Shown here piece after piece: positions 1 through 9,287 of a stretch of 64,000 nucleotides of DNA (position 1 is the first letter of the stretch; every line of letters starts with the position of its first letter). Origin of the DNA: a virus; the IMG/VR virus record IMGVR_UViG_3300025030_000067, positions 26,535 through 90,534 of that record; one strand, written 5' to 3'. A program made the position numbers and the translations under genes. The notes below the pieces were generated by a model. The model had not been told where the DNA came from. It made no database searches and worked only from the letters and a program-made list of their open reading frames with translations.

Positions 1-1095
1 AACCCAGCTCTGGAGTGCTCCGCCAACGAAGCAACGACGCTCTGATTTGCCGCTTGGACCACTCATATAGGCGCAATGCGCGTCTGCCATGGAATGGATT
101 GCCGCTGCAGACGTGATCGGCACAATCAGGTCTATCTTCATGGTTTTCAGCAGGTCGAAGGCTGCCTGCCAATCGTTGTTGGTGGTCGTGCCATTCGAGC
201 CACCATTCAGGAAAGTCCAGCCAACATTTGCCGGGATCGTGCCGGCGTCAGTGTTGCGTGAGGCAAGCACGTATCCTGACAGTTTGTTGATGCCATCCAC
301 GATCGCCTGCAGGTCGGATTTGGCTGTGAACGCTGCTGTCTTGACGTCCTGTGTGGTTACCGTATCAAGCTGAATGGATAGGTCAGTCTTTGGCTGTTTT
401 GTGGTTGCAACAGCTGTGTACTTCGCCACTCCGGCAACGTTGAAGCTGTTGATGGCGTCTACCAGTGCCTGAATGGTTGTGAAGGAGTTCAGGTCGAGAT
501 TCAGGTTGTCAGCGGCCACGGCTGTTGCATTGGTGGTCAGCAGGTGCGTGGCGGCAGAGATGTTTACGGTCATGGTGCAGGACGCGGCGGCTCCGGTGTA
601 CTGGATGCTGAACGAGTCCTTGGTCAGGTTGTCGAAAATTTCAGCATTGTCGACGTACTGAATTGTGACCTTCTTGCCTGTGGTCCCGGCTTCGATTTTG
701 GCTTTCACCTGGTTGGCTGTCTGGCCGAATAGGTAGCTGGTCAGCGTGAGCACGTCAGCAACCGCAGCATCTTTGAATGTCTTGCTCGATGCTGTCGCAG
801 GGTTTACCGGAATCAGATAGACTTCGCTGGCTCCCTGTGCGCCTGGCGATGGATCGAACAGCAACTGTGCGCCCAGCCGTGCCTCTGCCGAGTCGGGATG
901 AACCAGCTGGTTCACCAGCGATGGGCTGTTGATTTTGATGGCGGTTCCTGGCGGGATAAGCCCGACCATTTCCGCGAGAATCGCTACCTTGTTTGCCCCA
1001 CCAAGTGGACTGTTGGCCAGTGCCGACGAATCGATGCGGCTGGCAGCCTGGGGGATCAGGTAGTATTTACCGTTCCAGAGAACTCCTTTGCCCAT
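1..1095 (-). CDS. Contractile tail sheath protein (N-terminal part; runs off the window)
   Basis: Not in the ORF track because it is partial. Read manually from ATG at 1095: MGKGVLWNGKYYLIPQAASRIDSSALANSPLGGANKVAILAEMVGLIPPGTAIKINSP...; GGAGG upstream; follows the neck genes; N-terminus typical of myovirus sheaths. Confidence 0.75.
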   Translation of the reverse strand, partial: MGKGVLWNGKYYLIPQAASRIDSSALANSPLGGANKVAILAEMVGLIPPGTAIKINSPSLVNQLVHPDSAEARLGAQLLFDPSPGAQGASEVYLIPVNPATASSKTFKDAAVADVLTLTSYLFGQTANQVKAKIEAGTTGKKVTIQYVDNAEIFDNLTKDSFSIQYTGAAASCTMTVNISAATHLLTTNATAVAADNLNLDLNSFTTIQALVDAINSFNVAGVAKYTAVATTKQPKTDLSIQLDTVTTQDVKTAAFTAKSDLQAIVDGINKLSGYVLASRNTDAGTIPANVGWTFLNGGSNGTTTNNDWQAAFDLLKTMKIDLIVPITSAAAIHSMADAHCAYMSGPSGKSERRCFVGGALQSWV

Positions 1096-1097
1096 TG

Positions 1098-1364
1098 TTA
1101 CTTACCTCCTTTTATTTGCCATTCGGCCCATGTCAATGCTGTCGGCATGGTCTCGAACAGTCCGAGTAATGTTGCCCATTCGCTTCTGTATTTCCTGCCG
1201 TTGATCTTCTCTGCTTGGCACAGGTGGGTGAATGCCGCTTTTGTCTCGACCCGGGCTTTCGGTATTTCACTCAAAAACTCTTCCAGGGTTACCGGGAACT
1301 CAGATACTTCCGTGGCTGGTTCTTGCGTTGGAGCAGATTCTGTTGTTGCATCGGCTTTTGCCAT
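1098..1364 (-). CDS. Hypothetical virion-module protein (88 aa)
   Basis: ORF with AAGGAGG RBS, in operon context. Confidence 0.6.
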   Translation of the reverse strand: MAKADATTESAPTQEPATEVSEFPVTLEEFLSEIPKARVETKAAFTHLCQAEKINGRKYRSEWATLLGLFETMPTALTWAEWQIKGGK

Positions 1365-1403
1365 GATGTTTCCTCCTTGATGTTGATATACGCTACAGTT
1401 AAT

Positions 1404-2048
1404 TTAAATCTGAACGTTGGTGCCGGTTGCGTAATTACCGATTGGCACACGCTTGGTCCACGAATTCTGTACTTTGCAGCTGATCTGCACTGCTCGGTTG
1501 AAGACTGTCTGAGGCAGGTGCTCCTGTTCCGGCTTGAGGTCTGCGACTGTGATATCAATCTCATATGCCCCTATGCCGGCCAGTGAATCTTGGGCTTCGC
1601 AGATGAATCTCTGTACCAATCGTGCCAGCCAAATCGCTTCGTCTATTGTTGCGGTCACCACATCGACCCGGTATATTGCTGATGCGACATATCCTTTCGG
1701 GATGTCCCAGTGGGTTTGAGTTCCGGTTGCAGGGTATGGCTGTGACTCGCCCAATAGATCGTTCAGAAACTTATCTGCTGTGTTCTCTTGACCAAGGCTG
1801 ATTCCGATCTGCGGGAGCGGCATATCCAGCAGCGGGAAGTGTGGAAGGATGTATACCTGTCCGTCGTCTCTTTTGCGGAGATCACCCGTAAAAGTCTTAC
1901 GGGTGATGTAGGCGGTTATTTCCGCAATCTCTCCTGCGTCCAAATCGTCGAAAGTGTCATTGATCGCAAACCCGCCATCCGCTTTCGCTGCCGCAAACTT
2001 TTCGAAGAACAGTTTCACCAGATATTTATCTACGTTCGGGAATCCCAT
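1404..2048 (-). CDS. Putative tail completion/terminator protein
   Basis: 214 aa; position just upstream of the sheath gene; LPQIGISL motif seen in tail terminators. Confidence 0.55.
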   Translation of the reverse strand: MGFPNVDKYLVKLFFEKFAAAKADGGFAINDTFDDLDAGEIAEITAYITRKTFTGDLRKRDDGQVYILPHFPLLDMPLPQIGISLGQENTADKFLNDLLGESQPYPATGTQTHWDIPKGYVASAIYRVDVVTATIDEAIWLARLVQRFICEAQDSLAGIGAYEIDITVADLKPEQEHLPQTVFNRAVQISCKVQNSWTKRVPIGNYATGTNVQI

Positions 2049-2815
2049 TATATTGTTCCCATGCTTACTGTTGCGGTCTGGAGGTCAAGTACCGCTGCCT
2101 GCTGCACCATGGCTTCTACTGCTGGCTTGCAAAAAGCAGATACCGCTCCGGCAATATTATGCGGCTTGTATCCGGGGTGTATCCATGACCCGGGAGCTGA
2201 CTTGTCGCTGACAATTCGGAAAGTCATATACTTGTTTTGAGTGGCCTTGGCGTAGGTCTTCTCGATCCTTACCATCCCCTCGAATCTGCCGTTCTTGTGC
2301 TGATAACCGCTTGTCGGGTTCTTCCCTGGTGCGTGTTGAGTCTCGGTACCCGTGAGCCTGCCGCCCCACTTGATGGCGTTGCCCTGCTTGACGCTCGCTT
2401 TGAGTGCTCTTGCCTGTTTGTAGACGTCCTTCGGCATTGCCGGGAAGTTGCTGTTTGGCGAACTTCCGTTGCCTGTGCCTTGCCGAAACGGGATGATGTT
2501 GTATCTGCCGTTCTTCCCGATTCGTGCCTTTGGTCCGTTCAGGAGTGCCGGCTTCATGTCGAATGGAGCGCAACCGTTTTCCAGCTGCTCCGCAACTTTT
2601 GATGTCGCGACGACCTGCTGGCTGATGCTGTTGCCTTGGGTCAACTGATCTCTGGTGACGATGCTGTCGGAATAGATGCGTCGCAGACCGATATTATTTT
2701 GAACCGGGAGCATACCGGGGATGGTTTGTATCCCCATCACAGCCTGCTGCCATTGAGCCTGGACGAATCCTGCTGCTCTCTCAACGGCTGCTTCTATGTT
2801 TGGGGTATCGTTCAT
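2048..2815 (-). CDS. Putative neck/tail-completion protein
   Basis: 255 aa; FDMKPALL...YMTFRIVSDKSAPGSWIHPG resembles SPO1/Twort-type neck proteins. Confidence 0.6.
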   Translation of the reverse strand: MNDTPNIEAAVERAAGFVQAQWQQAVMGIQTIPGMLPVQNNIGLRRIYSDSIVTRDQLTQGNSISQQVVATSKVAEQLENGCAPFDMKPALLNGPKARIGKNGRYNIIPFRQGTGNGSSPNSNFPAMPKDVYKQARALKASVKQGNAIKWGGRLTGTETQHAPGKNPTSGYQHKNGRFEGMVRIEKTYAKATQNKYMTFRIVSDKSAPGSWIHPGYKPHNIAGAVSAFCKPAVEAMVQQAAVLDLQTATVSMGTI

Positions 2816-3444
2816 CTCGACTCCATGAGGTGTTTCTTGCGCAACATGACCTTGCTGCCGAGGTCGTCTCCGTGGGTAATTCTCTCAATTGGTGGCACAA
2901 ATACCAGCCATTCGATGTATGCCCGGTACTTGATCGTATATCTGATGGCGGTTGCTGGTTTGATGCCGGTTTTGCCGGACCAGTCCCAGGCAATATTCTT
3001 GCCTGATAGTCTAAAGTCGGTTCCTTCAACGTACTTCTGTTTGTTTTCGTCAATACAGAATATGCCGCTGACTCCCTCGTAATAGAGTTTGTCGGATATT
3101 CCTGCTCCTCTTACCAGTGGATCGCCCTGGCCGTATGGCAGTGGCCACATAAAAATTATCTTGTCTCCCTCGCTCACGGTGTCTGATGTGAGTGGGGAAA
3201 AGACGCAATCTCCCGGCATGAATACTCCGGTTTCCATCAGCTCTCGCCGCTGGCTGATATCGGTCACCAATCCCGTGATAATCTTTTCTTCTGCATACAG
3301 CCAACCGCCTGTTTCGTGTTCCATGCAGTTCGGGTTTGGTTGGCCACTGGCATCATGGCAGAAACAGCGCAGGCCAATCAGGTGCCGGACCTGCTCTCCT
3401 TCTTCGGCTACAAAGTTATCAACGGCGTCGATTGGAATTGGCAT
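2812..3444 (-). CDS. Putative head-closure/neck protein
   Basis: CxC...C motif near the N-terminus; start overlaps the upstream stop (TGATG); synteny. Confidence 0.5.
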   Translation of the reverse strand: MPIPIDAVDNFVAEEGEQVRHLIGLRCFCHDASGQPNPNCMEHETGGWLYAEEKIITGLVTDISQRRELMETGVFMPGDCVFSPLTSDTVSEGDKIIFMWPLPYGQGDPLVRGAGISDKLYYEGVSGIFCIDENKQKYVEGTDFRLSGKNIAWDWSGKTGIKPATAIRYTIKYRAYIEWLVFVPPIERITHGDDLGSKVMLRKKHLMESR

Positions 3445-4799
3445 CACAGCACCACGCACGAGATACCGCGATACAGGTTGCGCAGTCGCGGCAGATTGGT
3501 TTTGTTCCAGTCTTTGTATTCCTGGATGGCGGTGTCGTAGACGCCTTTTGCGTTGTAGCTCTGGCTTCTACTGACACCGTCCTTGCTGATGCTTTCGCTG
3601 GTCATTCCTGATCGCCACGCTTGCTCTGCGGTAGTCAGGATCGATATGGCCGAGGTGTAGCCGACCATCTTGATTATCTCTGCCGGGATCTTCTCGTCTA
3701 TGCCGAGAATGGCTTTGTACCGCCAGAAATCGGCGATGAATTCGCGCACGCCCCAGAAGTTTATGCCCATGAAGAATGTCCAGTATTGTGCGTACTGGCT
3801 GTTGTACGGCAGGACATCCACGTTCCCGCTCTTGCGGTTGACGGTCAGTGCGCCTGATTTCAGTTCCATGGCCCTGGTGTTACCGATGTAACCCACGAGG
3901 TCTGTCACTTTGCCTACCTGATGATATGGAAGGTCGAGGTGCCACCCCATGCCGCGTTTGTTAAAATCCTTCTCGTAAAAAGTGAGCGGTACCGCTTTCG
4001 AGTCGAAATATTCCCCCTGTTCCGGATTGGAATAGTACGGCTCGGTTGCTACTCGGGTTGGCTCCAAGAATATCTTGAGCATGCTCTCGACTTCCTGAGT
4101 GGCCTTTTCAATTTCGCTCTGCAGGAAGCCATCGGCCAGTTCTTCTTGGTCGAGCAGGATCCCTTCGGCGGCATCAGCGGATGGTAGCGAGAAGAAATCC
4201 ACGTCCACCTCGCAATAATTGCCGGTGGCGTCCAACAGGATCTCGCTGGTGCTGTTTTTGGTGATAGGGATTGGTGTACCCTTGCCCCAAGTCAGTGTGT
4301 TGCCTGTGGCTTTATATTCAAGGCCAACGACGCCCTTCTTGGTGCCCTTGGATACGCCCGTGATGGTTACTCCGGTCACGACGGCAGGCTGCCGCTTCGG
4401 CATCAGTTTGTATCCGGACACCAGATGTAAACCCTGGCAGTAGGTCCGCCGCATTTCGTCTGCCGTGATGATGGACACTTTGAACGCAGCGACCGAAGTC
4501 AGATCGCCTTGTGTCGCTGTGATCTTGTAGTCGCCTCGGTTGATATGCGTTGTCCCGTCTGCATCATTGATGTTGGCCAGATCGAACTCTACGACAATCC
4601 CCTTGGCTGCGCTTCCGCTGAATACGATGGCCTGGGTAGCCAGCGGGACGCCTTTCTTTTCCAGGGAAATAACTACTGGCTCCGAGGCCAGGTCGATGGC
4701 GGGAGAGGGTACGATCCTCGCCTTCACCACCGACCTTGGAGCCTCGTATCGGGAATATTCATCTCGGTTGAGATATATGCCGACCCCGGTAAGTGCCAT
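3444..4799 (-). CDS. Putative head-tail adaptor protein
   Basis: 451 aa; C-terminal SESISKDGVSRSQSY typical of head-tail adaptors; synteny. Confidence 0.55.
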   Translation of the reverse strand: MALTGVGIYLNRDEYSRYEAPRSVVKARIVPSPAIDLASEPVVISLEKKGVPLATQAIVFSGSAAKGIVVEFDLANINDADGTTHINRGDYKITATQGDLTSVAAFKVSIITADEMRRTYCQGLHLVSGYKLMPKRQPAVVTGVTITGVSKGTKKGVVGLEYKATGNTLTWGKGTPIPITKNSTSEILLDATGNYCEVDVDFFSLPSADAAEGILLDQEELADGFLQSEIEKATQEVESMLKIFLEPTRVATEPYYSNPEQGEYFDSKAVPLTFYEKDFNKRGMGWHLDLPYHQVGKVTDLVGYIGNTRAMELKSGALTVNRKSGNVDVLPYNSQYAQYWTFFMGINFWGVREFIADFWRYKAILGIDEKIPAEIIKMVGYTSAISILTTAEQAWRSGMTSESISKDGVSRSQSYNAKGVYDTAIQEYKDWNKTNLPRLRNLYRGISCVVL

Positions 4800-5027
4800 T
4801 TATGCGATCTTCTTGGCGTCAACAGCGACAAACGCTGGCGTGAAACCTGTACCAGAAGAACCGTCCGGGGCTTTTGTGGCGACAGCACTGTGTGTGTGGA
4901 CTGAATATGCTGCTTTCAGTTCTTCGACTTCATCCACCAGCTTGTTGAACTCTTCGCGCATAGCGACCAGTTCTGCTCCATATGCTGCCTTGTTTGATCC
5001 GAATGTCCGTGTTGTTCGTGTTGCCAT
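4800..5027 (-). CDS. Hypothetical protein (75 aa)
   Basis: AGGAGG RBS; in operon. Confidence 0.55.
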   Translation of the reverse strand: MATRTTRTFGSNKAAYGAELVAMREEFNKLVDEVEELKAAYSVHTHSAVATKAPDGSSGTGFTPAFVAVDAKKIA

Positions 5028-5060
5028 TGCGACACCTCCTGGTTATATGGGTTACTTCAG

Positions 5061-5435
5061 TTACTTCGCGAGTGCTTTGCTGCGTTTTGCGGCTTCGTCC
5101 ATGACGCTCTTGCGAGGGTTTTCACTGATGCGTGCTTCTTCCGCAATCAGCTCTTCAATCTCTTCGACCGTGATGGCTGCCCTGATCTTCTCAATCATCT
5201 CGGCTGCTGTTGCGATTTTGGCATCTGATTCTTTGCCGCCGTCTGCATCGACCTTTGGCTTCCAATAGTCGGGCAGGCCGATTGAGAGAAATGCGCCGGC
5301 TTCGTCGTTGTCGCACATGGCCAGAAACACGTCGGGTGTGTCAGTCTCTTTGAATTCGACCGTTACGGATTCGCCTTTTACCTTTGTGGCAATTTTGCCT
5401 TTGTGGCGGGATGCTATTTCGATGGTCTTTGACAT
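5061..5435 (-). CDS. Hypothetical protein downstream of capsid (124 aa)
   Basis: AAGGAG RBS; in operon. Confidence 0.55.
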   Translation of the reverse strand: MSKTIEIASRHKGKIATKVKGESVTVEFKETDTPDVFLAMCDNDEAGAFLSIGLPDYWKPKVDADGGKESDAKIATAAEMIEKIRAAITVEEIEELIAEEARISENPRKSVMDEAAKRSKALAK

Positions 5436-5461
5436 AAAAGCTCCTTGGAGTGATTTGATAA

Positions 5462-5485
5462 GCGGGAGGCCGTTAAGCCTCCCGC
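5462..5485 (-). terminator. Hairpin/terminator after the major capsid gene
   Basis: GCGGGAGGC-N6-GCCTCCCGC perfect 9-bp stem 20 nt after the capsid stop; weak U-tract. Confidence 0.6.
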
Positions 5486-5506
5486 CTTGTTACATATACG
5501 CTACAC

Positions 5507-6946
5507 TTATGGCGCAGTGTATGTACCGCAGTTTTTGTAGATCATCACTCGTTCAGGAGCTTTGATCACGGAAACGATGTACAGCAGCAGCATGAACGGG
5601 AAGGTTGTGCCTACCTGTGGCAGCGGCATTTTGATAAGCGGTGTCATCTGAGCGATGGCGATGTCGCGTGCGTCCGGCTTGATCACCAGTGCGATGCCGT
5701 CAGAAGGTTTACCGGCTGCATCCACAGTGCTCCATTCGCCCTTGTCAACGAAGGTCAGGTCGCCGGAAGCGGTCTGCGCAACCTTGGCAATCCATTTCGC
5801 GTCAGAACCGTTTGCCAGCTTACCGCGATAGATGCGGTATCCAGTAGCGCCGGCCAGGCGGGTAACTACGATGGTCACCTTTGTGGTGGCATCAGGTACT
5901 GCAATGGCACTGGTAATGGTCCCGAGGGATTCGCCAGTGTCGTTGAACGCGGCCACTGTGTAGTAATATGTGGCGGCGAGGTGCTGACCGGCAGCGTCGT
6001 CGGCTGCTGCTGGCTGGGTTGTGATTGCTGGTGCGGCAGGAACGCCAGCCGGTGCGGCAGCCAAAGGTGCGGCAGCTTCGACTTCCTGGAGCAGAATGGA
6101 GTAGTCGAAATTGAACCGACCGAACTGCGTATCGTATCCGTCAAGGTTTTGTCCCAAGGAATACGTCGGCTGCTGTCCGCCGTCCTTGTTGAAGCGAACC
6201 ATGTTGCGGGATGCGAACTGCTGGTTCAATCCTGCGGTTACGTGTGCCGACTGCAGCACGTTGTACCCGTTGACACTGGCCTGCTTGCCGGTGGTTACCA
6301 GGGACTGGGCGGCAACGTCCAGTTCATTGAAAGTCAGGGGAGCGCCCTTCATATCAATTACGTTCGCCGAGTTGGCAGCGGTCAGTGCAGCCAAGAGCCC
6401 GTCGAAGTTTACTTCTTCGCCGTTCTCGTCCTTGATTGCAGACTGGCCGAACACCAATTCACGCTCTACTTTTTCGAGAAGCTCCAGCGTGCGGTCACGG
6501 TTCTCGCGGACGGTGGGGTCTTCGAAAGCGCCGCCATTCTGTCCAGTGATCAGCATCTGGTGAGTGATCCCGCCGAGTACGCCGAGGAACTTGTTGTAGA
6601 TACCTTTACGCTCAAACGTAGAGGTTCCGCCCTTTGGTGCCCCGCCCTGACGGAAGCCAGCGCCACCGCTGCGGTTGGAACCGAAGCCTTTGTGGACGTT
6701 GTACTCGTAGTAAGGCTGCGCACTGGGAACCTTGGGGAGCATGTTGAACAGCTTGAAGTGCTGCTCGGTGATGAGTACTTCTGTCATCACTGCATCCAGG
6801 TTTTCCAGCATGAGTGGTCCGGACTGAATGCCTCCGGGACCGCTGTTGGTGGTTGCGAGTGCTTTGCGCAGGTCGTCGACGATACCGTCACCGGTCTGGT
6901 TGTAGCCACCGCTTTTCAACATCTGATCGTAACTTTGTACTTCCAT
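5507..6946 (-). CDS. Major capsid protein (SPO1/Twort/A511-like) with an inserted FN3/Ig-like domain
   Basis: 479 aa; LRKAL...LMLENLD...FKLFNMLPK...YEYN pattern; TYYYTVAAFNDTGES...ATGYRIYRG FN3-like segment; strong RBS. Confidence 0.85.
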   Translation of the reverse strand: MEVQSYDQMLKSGGYNQTGDGIVDDLRKALATTNSGPGGIQSGPLMLENLDAVMTEVLITEQHFKLFNMLPKVPSAQPYYEYNVHKGFGSNRSGGAGFRQGGAPKGGTSTFERKGIYNKFLGVLGGITHQMLITGQNGGAFEDPTVRENRDRTLELLEKVERELVFGQSAIKDENGEEVNFDGLLAALTAANSANVIDMKGAPLTFNELDVAAQSLVTTGKQASVNGYNVLQSAHVTAGLNQQFASRNMVRFNKDGGQQPTYSLGQNLDGYDTQFGRFNFDYSILLQEVEAAAPLAAAPAGVPAAPAITTQPAAADDAAGQHLAATYYYTVAAFNDTGESLGTITSAIAVPDATTKVTIVVTRLAGATGYRIYRGKLANGSDAKWIAKVAQTASGDLTFVDKGEWSTVDAAGKPSDGIALVIKPDARDIAIAQMTPLIKMPLPQVGTTFPFMLLLYIVSVIKAPERVMIYKNCGTYTAP

Positions 6947-6977
6947 TTGGGTGTTCCTCCTTTTGTTGTACGGTGCT

Positions 6978-7664
6978 TTACAGACCGATTATTTTTTTGA
7001 CGTCGTCGGGGAGACGGCCAACGTCTTTGTAAGTGCCGAATATCGACAGGTGACGAGCGTCTACCTGCCCTGCCTGTACTGCTTTTGTCAGCGATTCTGA
7101 AATATCAGATATTGATTTGGTGAGTTCCTCCACCACTTCAACACCGCCGATGCCGAACTTAGCCTGGCCGGGAGATAGTGGTTTCGCTCCGAGTTCGGTT
7201 ACCGACTTCTCGATGCGTTCCATATCTTCATGGCGAGATTTGGCAAGGGATGCGATCACCTTGGCCTGCTTGATGTTCAAATTCAGCAGAGCAGCGACAG
7301 ACTTTTTCAGCGAGTCAACTTCGCCGGCAAGGCCTACCGTCATCTCCTGGACCGATTTTTCGAGAGACGCGAACGCATCGCTGGCTTTTACCAGCTCTTC
7401 ATCGTAGTTCTCGTCCTGCGTGGATTTGTCGAGGTCGGCTTCACCTTCGCCATCTCCCTCTTCTTCGCCAACGGGCTCTGCGCCTTTGTCGTCCTCGTCA
7501 CCGTCCGGCTCTTTGTGGCTTTTGGTCAACTCATCGCCGAGTTCTTCTTCCAGAGACTTGGTCAACTCGTCCAGTTCGTCTTTGGGCTCTTCTTTGACGG
7601 ACTTTTCAAGATCATCAAGCTCTTCCATCGCCTTATCTAAGGCTTCTTGATTCTCTACACTCAT
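6978..7664 (-). CDS. Putative scaffold protein (acidic coiled coil)
   Basis: 228 aa, acidic; lies between protease and capsid; about 9 LxKS-like motifs. Confidence 0.65.
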   Translation of the reverse strand: MSVENQEALDKAMEELDDLEKSVKEEPKDELDELTKSLEEELGDELTKSHKEPDGDEDDKGAEPVGEEEGDGEGEADLDKSTQDENYDEELVKASDAFASLEKSVQEMTVGLAGEVDSLKKSVAALLNLNIKQAKVIASLAKSRHEDMERIEKSVTELGAKPLSPGQAKFGIGGVEVVEELTKSISDISESLTKAVQAGQVDARHLSIFGTYKDVGRLPDDVKKIIGL

Positions 7665-7691
7665 TCGCGTTTCCTCCTTTTGATTTGCTGC

Positions 7692-8648
7692 TTACGGTTT
7701 ATGTAAAATTCCCGCTGCCTTTACTAACGCTGCGAGGTCTGGCCTGTATTGGGCACCATGTATTGCTTTCCGCAGGAAGTTGATGCTCTGGCCTTTTGAA
7801 TATCCCTGACATTTTTGCATATGTTCGACGGCCCCGGTCAGACCACCGTTGAACTTCCCGGCTGAGTTAAAGCATCCGCAGTCCGTGTTGTTGCCGTACA
7901 GGATGCCGCTCATGCCTCTGTCGAGGTTTTCCAGCATGAGTGGTCCGGCTGACGTAGTGGACATCGCTTTATTCAGATCTTCGACGTCTTCTTTGCTCAT
8001 AGGTGCATGTGCTCCACAGCTGTGCCCTGGGGTATAGAGCGGGTGATCTGGTGAGCATTTGCCGCAGCAGAACGACTTACGGAAGAGCTCTATGGTGGCA
8101 TCCTCGTTAACCGGCTTGTGTGTCACTGCGAGATTGCAAACTACCGACCTCACGATCTTGTTGCCTTTGCGCTGCAGCACTCCGCCTTCTACCGAATACG
8201 CCAGTGCTCGTTTGCCTCCGGACTTTTGAAACGCGAGCCCCAGCTCCCACATCTCGTCGGCCAGCTTGGTCTGCTCGCTGGTGGTTTCTCCGGTGGGTTT
8301 GAGCAGTTCTCCTTCTACCCATAGGCCTTTGTCTCTGATCTCAGCTCTTGTGGGATAGCCGATGATGATCGGCATCTTGGCGCCTTTGACTACTCCGCAG
8401 CTCGGGCACTTGGACAGTGCATGGATGTGTCCGCATTTGAGGCACTTGGCGTAGTGGTCATAGTTCAGGTATCCGGATTTCATAAGCGGTCCGAAGTCGA
8501 TTCCGGATTGCAAGATAACTTCACCGTCCTGGTCCATGCTTTCGGTGGATGCGTATCCGCGAACGATACGGCGATCTCCACCTGCGCTCTTGCGTAGCTC
8601 CATCTCGATCGGTAACTCAAACAGGACTTGGTTGTCGGTTTCTTCCAT
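7692..8648 (-). CDS. Prohead protease
   Basis: RIVRGYASTESMDQDGE...LNYDH...LAYSVEG...LAVTHKPVN, HK97/SPO1-type protease motifs. Confidence 0.85.
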   Translation of the reverse strand: MEETDNQVLFELPIEMELRKSAGGDRRIVRGYASTESMDQDGEVILQSGIDFGPLMKSGYLNYDHYAKCLKCGHIHALSKCPSCGVVKGAKMPIIIGYPTRAEIRDKGLWVEGELLKPTGETTSEQTKLADEMWELGLAFQKSGGKRALAYSVEGGVLQRKGNKIVRSVVCNLAVTHKPVNEDATIELFRKSFCCGKCSPDHPLYTPGHSCGAHAPMSKEDVEDLNKAMSTTSAGPLMLENLDRGMSGILYGNNTDCGCFNSAGKFNGGLTGAVEHMQKCQGYSKGQSINFLRKAIHGAQYRPDLAALVKAAGILHKP

Positions 8649-8725
8649 CTGCTGCCCCTAGAACACAAAAAGACGGCTCCGGGTTTACCCAGATGCCGCC
8701 TATAACTGCGCTGACTCGTAGTTGC

Positions 8726-8920
8726 CTATTCGCCGTTTGCGCCTGTCAAGCGTTGTTTCGTAACTTCGATGTTGCCTTTTGGTGTTACCGTTATGTTTAT
8801 TTCCTGCCCTTTGAAGTAAAAACAGAGCGGGAAATCATCTCTTTTAAGCACTGGTATTGCCGCCGTTTCTGCCTGTTTGCTCTTTCGGAGCAGATATATC
8901 AGCTTCGGGGCTTTGTTCAT
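8726..8920 (-). CDS. Small hypothetical protein, probably leaderless
   Basis: ATG 8 nt downstream of a consensus -10 box; contains LLRKS. Confidence 0.45.
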   Translation of the reverse strand: MNKAPKLIYLLRKSKQAETAAIPVLKRDDFPLCFYFKGQEINITVTPKGNIEVTKQRLTGANGE

Positions 8921-8928
8921 TTGTTCTG

Positions 8929-8957
8929 ATTCTAAATATCGCTGTAGCGTATGTCAA
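8929..8957 (-). promoter_or_regulatory. Sigma70-type promoter containing the dispersed motif
   Basis: TTGACA-tacgctacagcgatatt (17 nt)-TAGAAT on the minus strand. Confidence 0.75.
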
Positions 8958-8966
8958 ACATTTTGC

Positions 8967-9287
8967 TTACGGTTTTCCACCATATCGCTTTTTGTCTTTA
9001 ATCCTTCTGTTTGGTCGCTTGCTGGTCATGTACGGTCGCTCGACTGTCATGATCTTTGTCACATCCTCGTCCGTGACGAACCGCCAGTACTCAGCGACGA
9101 AGTATCGGGCTGGCGTAAACCCGTTCTTGATGGTTCTGATGGCTGCTCCGTAGCCAAGGTCTACCTCTTCTGCTGTAGCTATGAGGCGGTCAAGTTCGGT
9201 CCGGTAGCATGGCGGTGGTTCGCTTTCCCATCTCTTCAGGAAGCGCAGCCAGGCATGCCTGGTGATTTCTGCTTTGCGTAGTGGCAT
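8967..9287 (-). CDS. Hypothetical protein, possible RelE-like fold
   Basis: EITRHAWLRFLKRW...WRFV...IMTV pattern. Confidence 0.4.
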   Translation of the reverse strand: MPLRKAEITRHAWLRFLKRWESEPPPCYRTELDRLIATAEEVDLGYGAAIRTIKNGFTPARYFVAEYWRFVTDEDVTKIMTVERPYMTSKRPNRRIKDKKRYGGKP

